The translations under genes were made by a program, and so were the position numbers. A DNA stretch of 64,000 nucleotides from a virus: the IMG/VR virus record IMGVR_UViG_3300041964_000082, positions 30,715 through 94,714 of that record; one strand, written 5' to 3'. The notes under the pieces are model-generated. The model saw only the letters and a program-made list of their open reading frames with translations. It was not told where the DNA came from and did no database searches. Positions 10,894-22,276 of the stretch are shown piece after piece (the stretch's first letter is position 1; every line of letters begins with the position of its first letter).

Positions 10894-11887
10894 ACAACCC
10901 TCCCGTCAGCTAGGGGAACGCGGTAGCCACGCCAGCCGGGATAGCTAGCGTCCAAATAGGCGATCGTGTCGTTCCACCAGTCGTAGCCCCTTGAGTAGCC
11001 GAGAAATTTAGCGACCTCTTGAATTGCTCTTTCGACTCGATGAGGTGTTTCGCCGCATTCGTGCTGTAGTTGTTCTAGGAGGGATTCAGGAATCTCGATC
11101 GATCGGGCTTCGATGGGTGAAGCAGGTGTAATCGTTCGTACGAGTGTGCTAATCTGCGGCATGTTATTTGCAAGTTTGTTTGGGTCATGGGGCGGGCTGA
11201 ATGCCCGCTTTTTCTTTGGCCTAGAGAAAAGTTTCAGACGCTCCTGGCTTGCCGGGGCGAATGTCGTAAACACAATCGCTAATCTGACGCCCTGAGACAG
11301 CTACGCCGTTCTTCAGATAGGCCACGCGACCTTGAATCAGATAGCGATGGTGGATGTGGCAATCCAGCCGCTTAAAGTAGTCACCCCGCGCTTTGCTCTG
11401 GAACACATCGCAGGGCAGCAAGTAGAGCAGGCGGGCGTGTTCGTAAGAGCGATCGAGCAGTTCAAGACTGCGCTCGAGAATGCCGATCGCCCCTCCATCG
11501 CCTCTAGACAGGCAATTAGCACGAACAGAAGCGCGATCGCCTCTTCGCTGTACAGCGCTTGGAATTTGCCACTGCGGACGCTTACTATGTCCCACTGGAT
11601 GGGATGCTCGATCGTCAGCGGCAGTTGATGCAAGCGAAACATGCGCTTGAAAATGATGCACACCTCAATCAAGTCGGCGCGATCGGGTTTGGCTGCGTTC
11701 TCAAGCTCGTAGCCGCAAAGCTCGTTGTCTAGCCAAAAGCTTTGATTGCCTTCCAGCATCGAATCTGTGCGGATGCACAGATTGGGTTTGACTGCTGCCA
11801 GTTGATCGAGCAGCGCGGTTAAATCAATCGTTGCAACTGGTGCGTTTGTATCAGTCATCGTTATAATACGGGTGTGGTTTGTACTCA

Positions 11888-11932
11888 ACAAAAGCCCCGA
11901 TCGCGTTACCACTGCCCGATCGGGGCTTTTGT
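11888..11932. terminator. Intrinsic (bidirectional) terminator
   Basis: ACAAAAGCCCCGATCG...CGATCGGGGCTTTTGT hairpin just downstream of the Cro-like gene. Confidence 0.8.
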
Positions 11933-11936
11933 TTGT

Positions 11937-12104
11937 CTATGCGGCAGATTGTTGAGAAGCTTGCTTGAGTTGTCGCCATTCACGACGAAACCGGACGACA
12001 GTTGCCCTAGAGACAGGGACGCGATCAGGGATGCTGTCGATGACAACGCCGCGATCGAATAATTGAAAAACCTGTTGCTTGAGAGCCTGTGTTGCTACTG
12101 CCAT
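11937..12104 (-). CDS. Small Cro-like HTH protein (55 aa, absent from the ORF track)
   Basis: MAVATQALKQQVFQLFDRGVVIDSIPDRVPVSRATVVRFRREWRQLKQASQQSAA; divergent from the CI-like gene. Confidence 0.6.
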   Translation of the reverse strand: MAVATQALKQQVFQLFDRGVVIDSIPDRVPVSRATVVRFRREWRQLKQASQQSAA

Positions 12105-12230
12105 AGGTTCAATTGAGCATTTGAGCGGTTAAAAAGACCCCGAAAGTGGGGTCAGAAGCTTTTGTATTGCCGAAGGAGGAGACGCCGGAGCAGCGGTTAG
12201 CATGTCCGGTGCGCTGGTTCTATCTTGGCG

Positions 12231-12317
12231 TAAAACCGGAACTCCGTCAACTAAAACCGGAGGAGCGGTTTTATAGCTAGTACAACCGTAGTTGTGCATA
12301 AAACCGGAACTCCGGTA
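12231..12317. promoter_or_regulatory. Repressor operator array in the CI/Cro divergent region
   Basis: TAAAACCGGA half-sites at 12231, 12252 and 12299; the third forms ACCGGA-AC-TCCGGT. Confidence 0.7.
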
Positions 12318-12350
12318 CACTTGGGTCAGAAAGTGACAGCGTACTGACAT

Positions 12351-13058
12351 ATGGTCAATGAACTGACAGATACCGAGATTGAAAGGAAGCGCTGGTTTTC
12401 CGCCCTGATTGCAGAGTTGCAGGGCGATCGAACACAGGAAGAGCTTGGACTCCAGATCGGTGCAGCGACTTCAACTGTGCAAGATTGGCTGGGCAAAGAT
12501 GGGATCGCCAAGACTGACCCGCATAAGGTGAGAATTCCTTACTGGAGAGCGATCGCGCAGGCTAAGGGCACAACCGTAGATGCCCTGCTCGAAGAGATGA
12601 ACAAAGCGATCGCAGGGGAGGAGTCAGGCGTAAAGCCTGCCCCAAAGTCTGATCGATCGGTCTATGACCAGCTTGCAGAAATGTGCAGTTTGGCAAGTAT
12701 CCTGCAATCCAAGTTGCAGAAATTTGAGAAACAATTGTTAGGGAATGCTATGTGCAGCAACGCCGTTGTCAGGCTGATTCAGGCAGCTTTTGAGGCTAAA
12801 AGGATGTCGGTCAACAACCCGAGTCATATGCGCCGATTTCTCAATGGGGTCGATTTGGAGGATGTATCTGCTGAGGAAATTCGGCTGGTCGCGATCGGGC
12901 GATATCCCCCAAATTCTGAAAACATTCCAGCGATCGCAGCCGCCCTCACGGAATTTACGGGCACTGAATACACCCAAGAAGAGTTAGAGCATCTAAACCT
13001 GCTACCAGTGGATGCGGATCAAGGGCAGGACTGCCGTACCCTCAATCCGATCGACTAG
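12351..13058 (+). CDS. CI-like XRE repressor
   Basis: N-terminal HTH RTQEELGLQIGAATSTVQDW; downstream of the operator array. Confidence 0.75.
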   Translation: MVNELTDTEIERKRWFSALIAELQGDRTQEELGLQIGAATSTVQDWLGKDGIAKTDPHKVRIPYWRAIAQAKGTTVDALLEEMNKAIAGEESGVKPAPKSDRSVYDQLAEMCSLASILQSKLQKFEKQLLGNAMCSNAVVRLIQAAFEAKRMSVNNPSHMRRFLNGVDLEDVSAEEIRLVAIGRYPPNSENIPAIAAALTEFTGTEYTQEELEHLNLLPVDADQGQDCRTLNPID

Positions 13059-13852
13059 CCCGCTTGGGTTTTCAGGCTCTTAGCGTAGTTCTGCCAGTAT
13101 CCGGTCTGCCAGCAATCGCCTTCTTTGACCGTTACAATAACTTCGCCTTCTGCCAAACTAAAGACGCGATTGTGAAGCAGCCAGTTCATATCCTGCCAGC
13201 GATTTTCGTAGGAAACCTGCTGCTCCTCTCCTGTCTCCAAGAACTGCTCAATTGCCTGACGACGCGGCATGGCGATCGCTTCTGCCCAGACACTAAGCGG
13301 CTGTCCGATTAGTTCGTTGATCCGTCGGTTGAATTGCTTTTCAGCGAATTCGTATTTTGCAGCCAAGCACGGAAAGCCTTTGTCACGATCTGCGCTATAG
13401 ACGATCGCGCACCCTTCCAACCTTTTAAACAAGAGTGGATTTGCCCTAGCCCACGAACTTAAAAAATCTGTTTGAGTTTGCATTTTGTCCTCAGTAATGT
13501 ACGGCTGATTTAATTGAAGGACATTGTTAGTCGCGGCGTACAGACGGTTATTGACCCGAATTACTACGCGCTTTTGCTGAAGTGCTGGGGGGTGGCTTTT
13601 CCAATCTAGCGATCGCCATAGCCGATCGGCTGATTTTACGTCAGGACAGTTAACTAAATATTCATCATCTAAAGAGCAAAATTCTAGACGCCTATAGTCT
13701 TGATCTTGCTGGAGCCAATTCAGAAACTCGGAGTTGGTATGGGAGTCAGTCATGATCACGATCGTTGCTAACGGGAGTACGGTTCTTGCTGGGCTGTGGG
13801 GCTTAGCCAGTGATCCGCCGTCATGCCTCGCTGAGGATTTCGACAGTTCCAT
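13055..13852 (-). CDS. Protein with a putative C-terminal PAS-like domain
   Basis: CLAAKYEFAEKQFNRRINELIGQPLSVW...AIEQFLETGEEQQVSYE...EVIVTVKE resembles PAS_4. Confidence 0.5.
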   Translation of the reverse strand: MELSKSSARHDGGSLAKPHSPARTVLPLATIVIMTDSHTNSEFLNWLQQDQDYRRLEFCSLDDEYLVNCPDVKSADRLWRSLDWKSHPPALQQKRVVIRVNNRLYAATNNVLQLNQPYITEDKMQTQTDFLSSWARANPLLFKRLEGCAIVYSADRDKGFPCLAAKYEFAEKQFNRRINELIGQPLSVWAEAIAMPRRQAIEQFLETGEEQQVSYENRWQDMNWLLHNRVFSLAEGEVIVTVKEGDCWQTGYWQNYAKSLKTQAG

Positions 13853-14247
13853 AATTGTCGAGACTGCGATCGATCTCTGATCAACCTGGCCTCAAGCAAT
13901 CAAGTTTTGCTAATTTCTTTCCCTAGCCTACTCGTGTTTTTACGGGGAAGACACCCCTTTATCTAAAAAAGTCTCTCTATCTTTTGGATTAGGTAGCATC
14001 TGCTTCACAATTGCTTTCTCATGCGCAGAAGGGCTTTGAGCAATTGTATACGATCGCGCTTCATGAAACTTTTACACAAGGGTGGGCTGAGTCACCTCAT
14101 GGGTGGGTGCGATCGACTGTGAGAAAATAACGGGAAACCGACGCAGCCAAGCTTTGCAAGGGCAGCCGCGTCGGTTTTGTCGTAACTGGACAATTGCACT
14201 CACAGGTTTAGACGTTCGGTTTAGACCAGTGGGTGTAACCCCTCACT

Positions 14248-14487
14248 ATGGTAAAACAAGGCGATCGATTTACGTTGGGTGAACTGCGCAGAATTAGGGG
14301 AATAACGCAGCGGCAAGTAGCGGATGCAATGGGCGTCACCGGAAAGGCTGTGAGCGAATGGGAGCGCGGCATTAACGAGCCGCATATCACGCCGCTGCAA
14401 ACGCAGAAAATGATGGAAGCCTATGGCTGTGACACAGTTCAAGAATTGGTAGACGCGGTTGCTGCTTGCCGCCAACAAAATGCGTAA
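14248..14487 (+). CDS. XRE-family HTH regulator
   Basis: LGELRRIRGITQRQVADAMGVTGKAVSEWERGINEP; GGTTTAGAC direct repeats upstream. Confidence 0.9.
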   Translation: MVKQGDRFTLGELRRIRGITQRQVADAMGVTGKAVSEWERGINEPHITPLQTQKMMEAYGCDTVQELVDAVAACRQQNA

Positions 14488-16851
14488 AAGCCTTCTGTAG
14501 CCGACGCGATCGAGCGGTCGAATGTCAAGCATCGGTGCTGCTCTCTTTATTCGCTTCCTTTCGCTGGCGAATCAGCACCTTCAGATCACCCCAAACCTGA
14601 TAATTGTGAGCGGTGCTGGTAATGCGTTTAACCCATCCTCTCAGCGCTGTATCCCACAATTCGGCAATGACAGCGAAACAGATAAACAGTGCTGCTACTA
14701 GCCCAGCGATCGTGACCGTGGCCACAATGTAAGGCGTAATTGCTTGGCAGAAATTCAAATAGCGAACTGGTAGATCAAGCATCGGTGTCACTCCTCAGCG
14801 CAGCAATCTCCATCAATCTAGCTTCCACCATTTCGATCGAAGGGTGCGACTCAAAATCGCCTAAACCTGATACGCGATTTGCCACTGCTAAGGCTTTTGC
14901 GGAAAACAAACCAGGTGAAAACCTCAACCTAAACTGCTCGATGTCTGAATCAAAATAATATTTAGGATTGTCATGCAATACAATTTGAAACGATCCTTGA
15001 TTGTCAATCCCACCCTCTGAGTGTCCTGCAATCCCATAGTAAAGAGCCGTCCTAGGGTAATGCGCTCCACCTGTCCATAGTTCGGTCATATTTGCTCCTT
15101 TGTAAAACTCAAAACGGCGGCAAAACCTCACGCCCACAGATCAAGCATCGGTGTCATTCTTCAGCGCAGCGATCGCTGCTTCCATATCTTCTGTACTCGT
15201 CACCTGCTGCACCCGTCTGCCGCGCGGCTGCTCGTACACAGTCCATTGGTCATACTCCCAAACTAGCCAGCGGTTATCACAGGATAGGCGGGCGTTTTGG
15301 GTTTTGAGGAATTGTTCAAGCATCGCGATCGTCCTCACTCCAGTAGTAACGCTTGACGACAATTAGAATTATCTTGCTCATCTTCATCCGCAATCTGAAA
15401 CTTGCCTTCCCACCAAGGATTGCTTGGCTGTGGAATGACAGCTACAGCTTTAACCTCCTGCACTGGATCTGCGCCCTCTTCATGCCCAGGAACGACGATC
15501 AAAAGTTCATCCGGGTATCGATCGAGGATTTCCTTGAGCTGCTTGACGTTAAGCATCGGCGATCGCCCTCCTCTGCACCGGAGTTGCCAGTTATCCTTGC
15601 AAAAGGCCACCATTCAACCTCATGACCTGTAAATCCTGGCAAGACCTTGATTTCCATCTTTGAGGCGTTCGCATACCAGTGACCGTAGGAGTCAACGGAG
15701 TAGCGATCGCGAAGCATTTGCTCTACTGCTTGCTTCAGATCCTCCTCGCTGCCCATTACGGTGAACCCTCGAATCAATAGCGGATGGCTAGGAGCGCCCT
15801 GCCGAGTTGCAGTGACCGCATACTGCCAGATATAGAGTGGTTCAGGAGGCTCAGGAAAAAGCGAAACCTCCTCTATAGGTGGTAGATTGGCTCCCGTCTC
15901 CATGTCAACGCCTGTACAAATTGTTTCGCAGTTGTAGGCCTTAAATCCTGGTTTCAGTGAAGTCAAGACACTCGATCGAAACTCACTGATCGCTTTTTCA
16001 AACGAGACTCCACTGATAGTAATCATCGAGTGGATAGAGTAGGCTTCCCAGCCCTTGCTATCCACCTTAAGCGCGATTCCTGAGCAGCTTAGCATCCACA
16101 AAATTGTCATTTTCTTGGGTAAAAGTAGTTGGGTTGGCTGTCGATTGAGGGTGAGAACTGGCTATGATTGATCGCCCTCCTTCTGCTCTTGCGCAAATCG
16201 ATCGCACCACGCTTTTGCCGCTGCGTCGATCTTCGCTTGGTCGGGAATGCCTTTTTCGTTGGCCTTGGCGAGAACAATCTACACTGCCTCGAAAATCTTC
16301 ACCTGAGTCACCTTGAGATTTCTGTGAGCGATTTCGGCATCAAGTTGCTGCTTGAATCGCTGGCCGAAGCTTGAAAGGTCTACTATGCCTGGGTTTGGGG
16401 TTGTCATGGTTGCATTGCCTCCTGAGAATTGAGATCGGTACGAGCAGCAATAATCGCCTCAAGAGTAGTGAAGCCATCGTTCTCAGACATAGCACGGCGA
16501 AGTTCAGCAGAATCTCGTGCATCCTCAAGTGCTTTCATACGTGCCATGAACGCTGCATGACGTGCCTCTTCCTCTGCATCCATCCTTTTAAGGTCAATTT
16601 CTAGCTTGATTCGATAGAAGATGATTTGCCCTGCAACGGTTATTGCAATGGCTCCGGCAGATCCGCCTAGCTCTGACTTGGGAAATGGGAACTGTCCTTT
16701 GCTGAAGCTATATCCAACCCAGATCAGAAAAGCCAGAGCTAGCAGGGTTACTCCGTTGTAAATAGCCAGCACTAGATCTACTTCGCGATCGTCATGGTCG
16801 TGCATTTGGTTTGTCCTCGTGAATGGTTCAAATCTTTGCGGTGTGCGATCG

Positions 16852-17205
16852 TCAACTCGCTTTATTGTTCGAGCGATACTGCTCGACCCTTTTCTGCCAG
16901 TGCAGTTTGCCTTTCAAAGCCGTTGTACCGTGTGGCGAGTTTAGATTCGGCTGCAATTCATTAATGTAGAAAAGCTCCCAGCCTAAAAGATCGGAAAGGC
17001 GAGCGTTTTTTGTTTCTCTCAAAATTTCAAGAGAAAAACTAAATACCCCGTTCTCATCGCAAACCTTTTGGAACTTTTTATTTGAATGTCGATTTCGGCT
17101 TAAACAGTAAATATGCTCAGAAAATCTTGCTTCAATGCAAACACTTGATCCGACATACGAATCGCCTGTCGCAACGCAAGTAATTCGATAAACACCAACT
17201 GTCAT
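16852..17205 (-). CDS. GIY-YIG nuclease
   Basis: GVYRIT...YVGSSVCIEARFSEH...HSNKKFQ...E..YI...N. Confidence 0.85.
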   Translation of the reverse strand: MTVGVYRITCVATGDSYVGSSVCIEARFSEHIYCLSRNRHSNKKFQKVCDENGVFSFSLEILRETKNARLSDLLGWELFYINELQPNLNSPHGTTALKGKLHWQKRVEQYRSNNKAS

Positions 17206-17471
17206 TCGCTGGCTCCTGTGTCTTTGATAAGCGAATCTTGAATCTCAGCAATTCGCACATTAATTGCGCTCAATGTCGGCGTCACGCCTTCTGCATTCAA
17301 CTGATGGTACGCTTCATAAAACAAAATTAGCTGCTCTACCTGAGATCCTTCGTTGCGCCCTTGTCGTTCAGAAATGCGGGTCAATAGTGCGCGCAGGTCA
17401 CTATCTAGTTTGTAATTAACGCGATCTGTAGGTCGCGATCGTCGTGGTCTTCCCAAAATTGTTTCGGTCAT
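17202..17471 (-). CDS. Ribbon-helix-helix-like regulator
   Basis: GRPRR...RVNYKLDSDLRALLTRISERQGRNEGSQVEQLI. Confidence 0.6.
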   Translation of the reverse strand: MTETILGRPRRSRPTDRVNYKLDSDLRALLTRISERQGRNEGSQVEQLILFYEAYHQLNAEGVTPTLSAINVRIAEIQDSLIKDTGASE

Positions 17472-19106
17472 CTCGTCGCCCTAATTAAACATGAAAAACA
17501 TCTGTATTTGTCTATAATACAGCAGTTATCAGTATTTTATCTGTACAAAATACATGAGAATAAATTATCAATATCTGCTATTACATAAGAATTCTGTCTG
17601 TTTTTCGTCTGTACAAAAGGCATACGGTTGAGCCATACTGTTTTACAAGGCGGAACCGACAGAGACAACCCGGCTGCTCTGCGGAACCAGCGGCAACCAA
17701 CCTGGATCGCTCCGCCTTTAACTCACCCAAGCAAAGGAGCCAAGTAAAATGATTGCCACATACGCCAAGCAGCTAGCACAGATTGAAGAGTTTGAGAAAG
17801 CCTACGATCATTGCGTTGAAAACTTTCAAGCCCCATTAAAAAAAACTCTTAGAAAAGTTAGAAGGCAAAGACGCTGAAAGTAAATTTTTGGTGTGTTCTG
17901 GAATTGTTAAAGATCCTGCTTTTAGTGCGGCAGTAAAACTATGTGCAATGGCAGTTATAGCTATTGCCTTGGGATTGCGCCCGACAGTCTAGATGGCGAT
18001 TAAGGGGGGAGGCTTGAATGTACACCGCACACTGCCAACCCCTCATTTAACTCACTCACTACTGGAGAATCTAATGATCGCCACATACATCACTAGGAAA
18101 GGTGCTTCTTACTTCTGTAGCGAACGACTAGCCCATGACGCAGCCGCAAGAAGCAAAACTGAAATCCTGCTCAGGATCACCTCTGGCTTTTTCGTGGACG
18201 GTTTTTATTGGTGGATTGAGAAGCTAACCCCGGAGTTTGGATGGATTGCCGTAGAAGCGTGTGACGACATGGATGAGGCTTACTCATCTGCTAAAGAACG
18301 AATTTTGCAAGAAATGGCAGACTAGCGCACGAGCATCTATGATGATCAATTTTATTGACAAATACCGCATACAAGAACCGTTTTACGGTGTTTTTATTGT
18401 CAAAAAGCGCTACTTTTGTTTTTGGCGTATTGCATCATGGACTGGCTCAAAAAATGGCAGTTGCCCACACATTTTTGAGTCTATAGATGATGCTGAGCGA
18501 TGGATAAAGCTGGATATTTACAACGACCGCAAAAGATTCAACCGGGAGTGATGCGGTTTTGCAGAAATGGAAGAGATTCGCGAGGGCAGCGCAGAGATTC
18601 TGCGGCAGTGGGCAGAGGGCGATCGCGCTTAGAGAACGCACATCACAGGAGTATTTATGCAATTCACAGCACTAGATGGATACGCGATCGAAGCGGTTAG
18701 CAGTTTTTGCGACTGGTTGGATCCTGATCGCGTTCGACTGCGAGACGAAAAGCGGCGGTACTACCAAATTGAAAACGTCTGCAAGCTTTCAGAGTCTCCC
18801 GAAACCATAGCGCGATCGTTTGTCGCAATGGTTGATAACGGACTATGGACTATTGAGCAAATGTGCGAAATGTTGACCTTAGTTCCTGCTGAGAAATACA
18901 CCGCCATCGTTAACGCAATCGAAATCTTGAAGGAACGAAGAATCGATACGCGCCTCTTGAAGGCACACAAAGGATAGCGATCGCGCCCAAGCCGTCCAGT
19001 GCAGGGAAGACGACATAAAAGCTTCTGCATACCAAAAGCGATCGCCTCCCCGTCGAAAGTTTGGCGATCGCCTTTCACTCACCACCGTTAGATAGGAGCA
19101 ATCATC

Positions 19107-19340
19107 ATGCTACGACGATTTGCCGCCGTTTCCGCGATCGCTCTTTCGCTGTCTATTCCTGCTCAAGCCGCGCTTGCCAATGTCCAGCCGATCGATCGAT
19201 GCCCGCTAAAGCCTCATGAATGCGTCCAGACGACGCTACCAGAGTTGCAGGGCAGCAGACAGAAGGGACAGACAACGTACACGCCCCCAAATCGAGGTGG
19301 CCCCACATCCACACAAGGCACTGGCACTCGGTATCGTTAG
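19107..19340 (+). CDS. Small secreted peptide (signal peptide plus C-terminal YTPPNRGGPTSTQGTGTR)
   Basis: AGGAG RBS; Sec-type leader MLRRFAAVSAIALSLSIPAQAALA. Confidence 0.7.
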   Translation: MLRRFAAVSAIALSLSIPAQAALANVQPIDRCPLKPHECVQTTLPELQGSRQKGQTTYTPPNRGGPTSTQGTGTRYR

Positions 19341-22135
19341 GCGATAGGAGCGATCGCTCCTCGCAAAACGCCCCTCCACAGGGGCACTGCACACTACTCA
19401 CCACACACTCACAAAGCCATGTCTGTAGAAAAATTTGTAGCCAGCTTGAACGACGAACAACTACAAGCTTTGCTAGAAGCGTTAGAAAACGATGAATCCG
19501 TGAAAGAGCTTTATGAATGCGTTGAAGCTTTGATGGATGCAAGGGGTCTCTAGTTAGCCAATCGCGATCGCCCCTAATGGAGGACTAGCAGCAGTATGAC
19601 AAGGTACACCCAATCTCAAATCAATGCCGCCAAGAAAATTGCAGAACTGCATGGATATGACCCAAATCTAGTTTCTGATGAAATTGCGATTAAGTTTATC
19701 GATTGGTGGCATAACTCCAAAACCGAATACGCCTCAGTGGAAGAGGCTACGCGAGCAGGCTTAAGCGGCCTCGTGACAAACGGGATTGCTCAGCAAGAAG
19801 CATTTTGGCAAGACGAATTCCCCTTACGTTAGGAAAATTGATCGAAATGACCCTTAAAGTATGTGTCTGGCAGTGCAGTCAATGCCTGTTCTCTGCCAAC
19901 AAAATAGTGAGCGATCGCCGCAAAAAGCAGATCCTTGCTGAGTGCCGAGCAAATGATCAGCATTTCATTTGCCACAAGAGCGAGGATACGGTCTGTCGCG
20001 GATTCTACGATCGCTTCAGTACCAACCTGATTAGGATCATGGGTCGCTTGAACGGGATTGAATTTGTAGAACCAGAGAAGGAGAGCGATCGAAATGACCC
20101 TTAAAGAAGCGCTACAGCAAGCGATCGACTCTAGATCCTACTTCACCATCTATGCCGAAGTTTCACCCGATGGCGGCTGCTTCATGCTCGATAGCGAGGC
20201 TTCTTTTGCGAACAGGAAGGAATGCAATTCTTTGCAGCCGCACAGTATATTCGTGAGAGCGTGGATCATTTCCAGCTATCGGCTAGAGCAGATTTTGGAC
20301 GAAGTGAACGCAGACGAGTTCCCACTAGGTTAGGAGGCGCGATCGATGAACCTTTGCAAAGAAATTGACTGCCCATTCTTTTCTGATGACCACACGAAGT
20401 CTTGGGGATGCCAGCGCTGGAAGTCTTCTGGTGTCTGCCACCTTAAAAAAGTTCATCCTGAGTTAGATTCTCGCAGTGGTTACGTTCTGGACGTTTACAC
20501 AGAAGTAGACGTTGCTGGATTACGCAGAGAGAATGAAGCGTTCTTTCAAGAAGATCGCTACTTCGGTGAGGTTCGCTCTCACTACGAGGAATACCCCGAA
20601 GACTTTTGAGGGGAAATTTGTCCCGCGGAAAATATAGCTAACTCCAGGAGAAACACAGTGCCTATCAATTTGGACGGTATTAAGCCTAAATTCCACGTCC
20701 GACTATCCGTAACTAACAACAACCCGTCGATTGTATTTAATTTTGCAAGACCTCCAGGAACAGAGGTGATTGCGGAGTTTAACGCTTTGAAGAATCATTC
20801 TTTCGTTAAATTCTTGATTACTAGCCAAGTGCATCAAAGCGGGATTATTGAATTGACTCCTGAAGTCGATTCCTTTGAGGTAGCAGAGGCGATCGCAACC
20901 TGCTTAGAAAACGATCACGGCTTGACCGTCAACAGGGTTCAGTGTACTTCCATCGCAGGACGGTTTGCTGAATCTGCGGTTGCAAAGTTTGGAGCGTGAC
21001 TCAGGAGGCGCTGATGACACCACAAGAGCAACAGTTTTACGAGAACCTTTTTCCCTGCCTGCGCGATCGCGATTGGTGGCACACAGGGGCGCAAAGCTTC
21101 GGTTTGGTTTGGTGGAGGATTAACCTGCCATACATCACGGTAGATGAGATTACTGCTGCTGTTCAGGTAGGTTTGGTTAAGCTGCCGAATAGTTCCAAGC
21201 TGTTTGCTCAGATCAACACTGACGGCTATCCCAGCTTGGGATATACCTGCGATCTGCCAATCAATGTTAGACAGGCAAGTAGTGAGGAAGTGAAGGCGAA
21301 TGCAATGTCGATCGCGCTTCAATTGCTCAGTGACAAAACTGAGGTGATTCGCCAGCGTCGGCAGCAGTGGCTAGATGAACTAGAGGAGATGCGATCGAAT
21401 GGCGCTAACCTACTCTGAAACTGCCGCACGTGCGATCGCGCTCCACCCCGGCACGATTGCCACCCGCGATGATTTCTATCGGCTGTATCGGCGGCTAATT
21501 GAAGCCAACGCCCCGATCCAAGATGCACAGGTTGCGGCAGGTGCTATTGCCCGATGGAGACACGAAAGAGTCCCGCCTAACGCCACTCAGAAAAGGTCGA
21601 TCGCGTACCTTAAAGACGTACTAGAGCGATTGAATTTGTACGTGAAGGATTGGAGTCAGCATGATTTCCATTAGAACTGACAGCTACAACCAAGCCAATC
21701 AACTAATCGCAGCGCTGGCAGAAGCGGATATAGAAGCAGGGATAACTGAGGGCGGCGTTACTTTGCGCGTAACACCGGATCAGATTCCCCTGTCTAGCCA
21801 AATCGCAGCAAGCTATGGTCTGACATTGACAGCAGGCAATGCAATTCCTATGGGCGGTGGATGGGAAGAGTGTTTCTCAAATAAGGCGAAGCACTGCTAG
21901 AAGAATGGCTAGCCTAGCGCGATCGCCTCAGCCGTACCACGTCCCTATAACATAAGCGACTTTGAAGAGTTCGATCCTGATGAGGATTACGAGATTGTTC
22001 AAGATAGCCAGCTTTTGGGCTATTTCTCTGAGGCAGTGAAAGATTTTATTAAAACGGACTCTTAAGTTGAGGCTTGAGGCAGTTTTACCGATTGTCTTTC
22101 CGATGACCAAATATTTGGGATGCAAGCCCCGTCGT

Positions 22136-22276
22136 TTACGACGGCTTTTTAGGGAGTCGCAACCTACGGATCAACTCTCTCAGTACGTCAGACTTCGTTC
22201 TGCAGACTGCCTCGCAATAAGCCTCTAGCAATGCAAACTCTTCATCATTCAACCGGAAAAACACACTTTTACTCAT
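22136..22276 (-). CDS. CopG/RHH protein carried by the IS (46 aa)
   Basis: MSKSVFFRLNDEEFALLEAYCEAVCRTKSDVLRELIRRL; divergent from tnpB. Confidence 0.75.
   Translation of the reverse strand: MSKSVFFRLNDEEFALLEAYCEAVCRTKSDVLRELIRRLRLPKKPS

Noticed and set aside
19107-19340. Calling the peptide PatS/PatX
   Set aside because: It lacks the RG(S/T)GR pentapeptide
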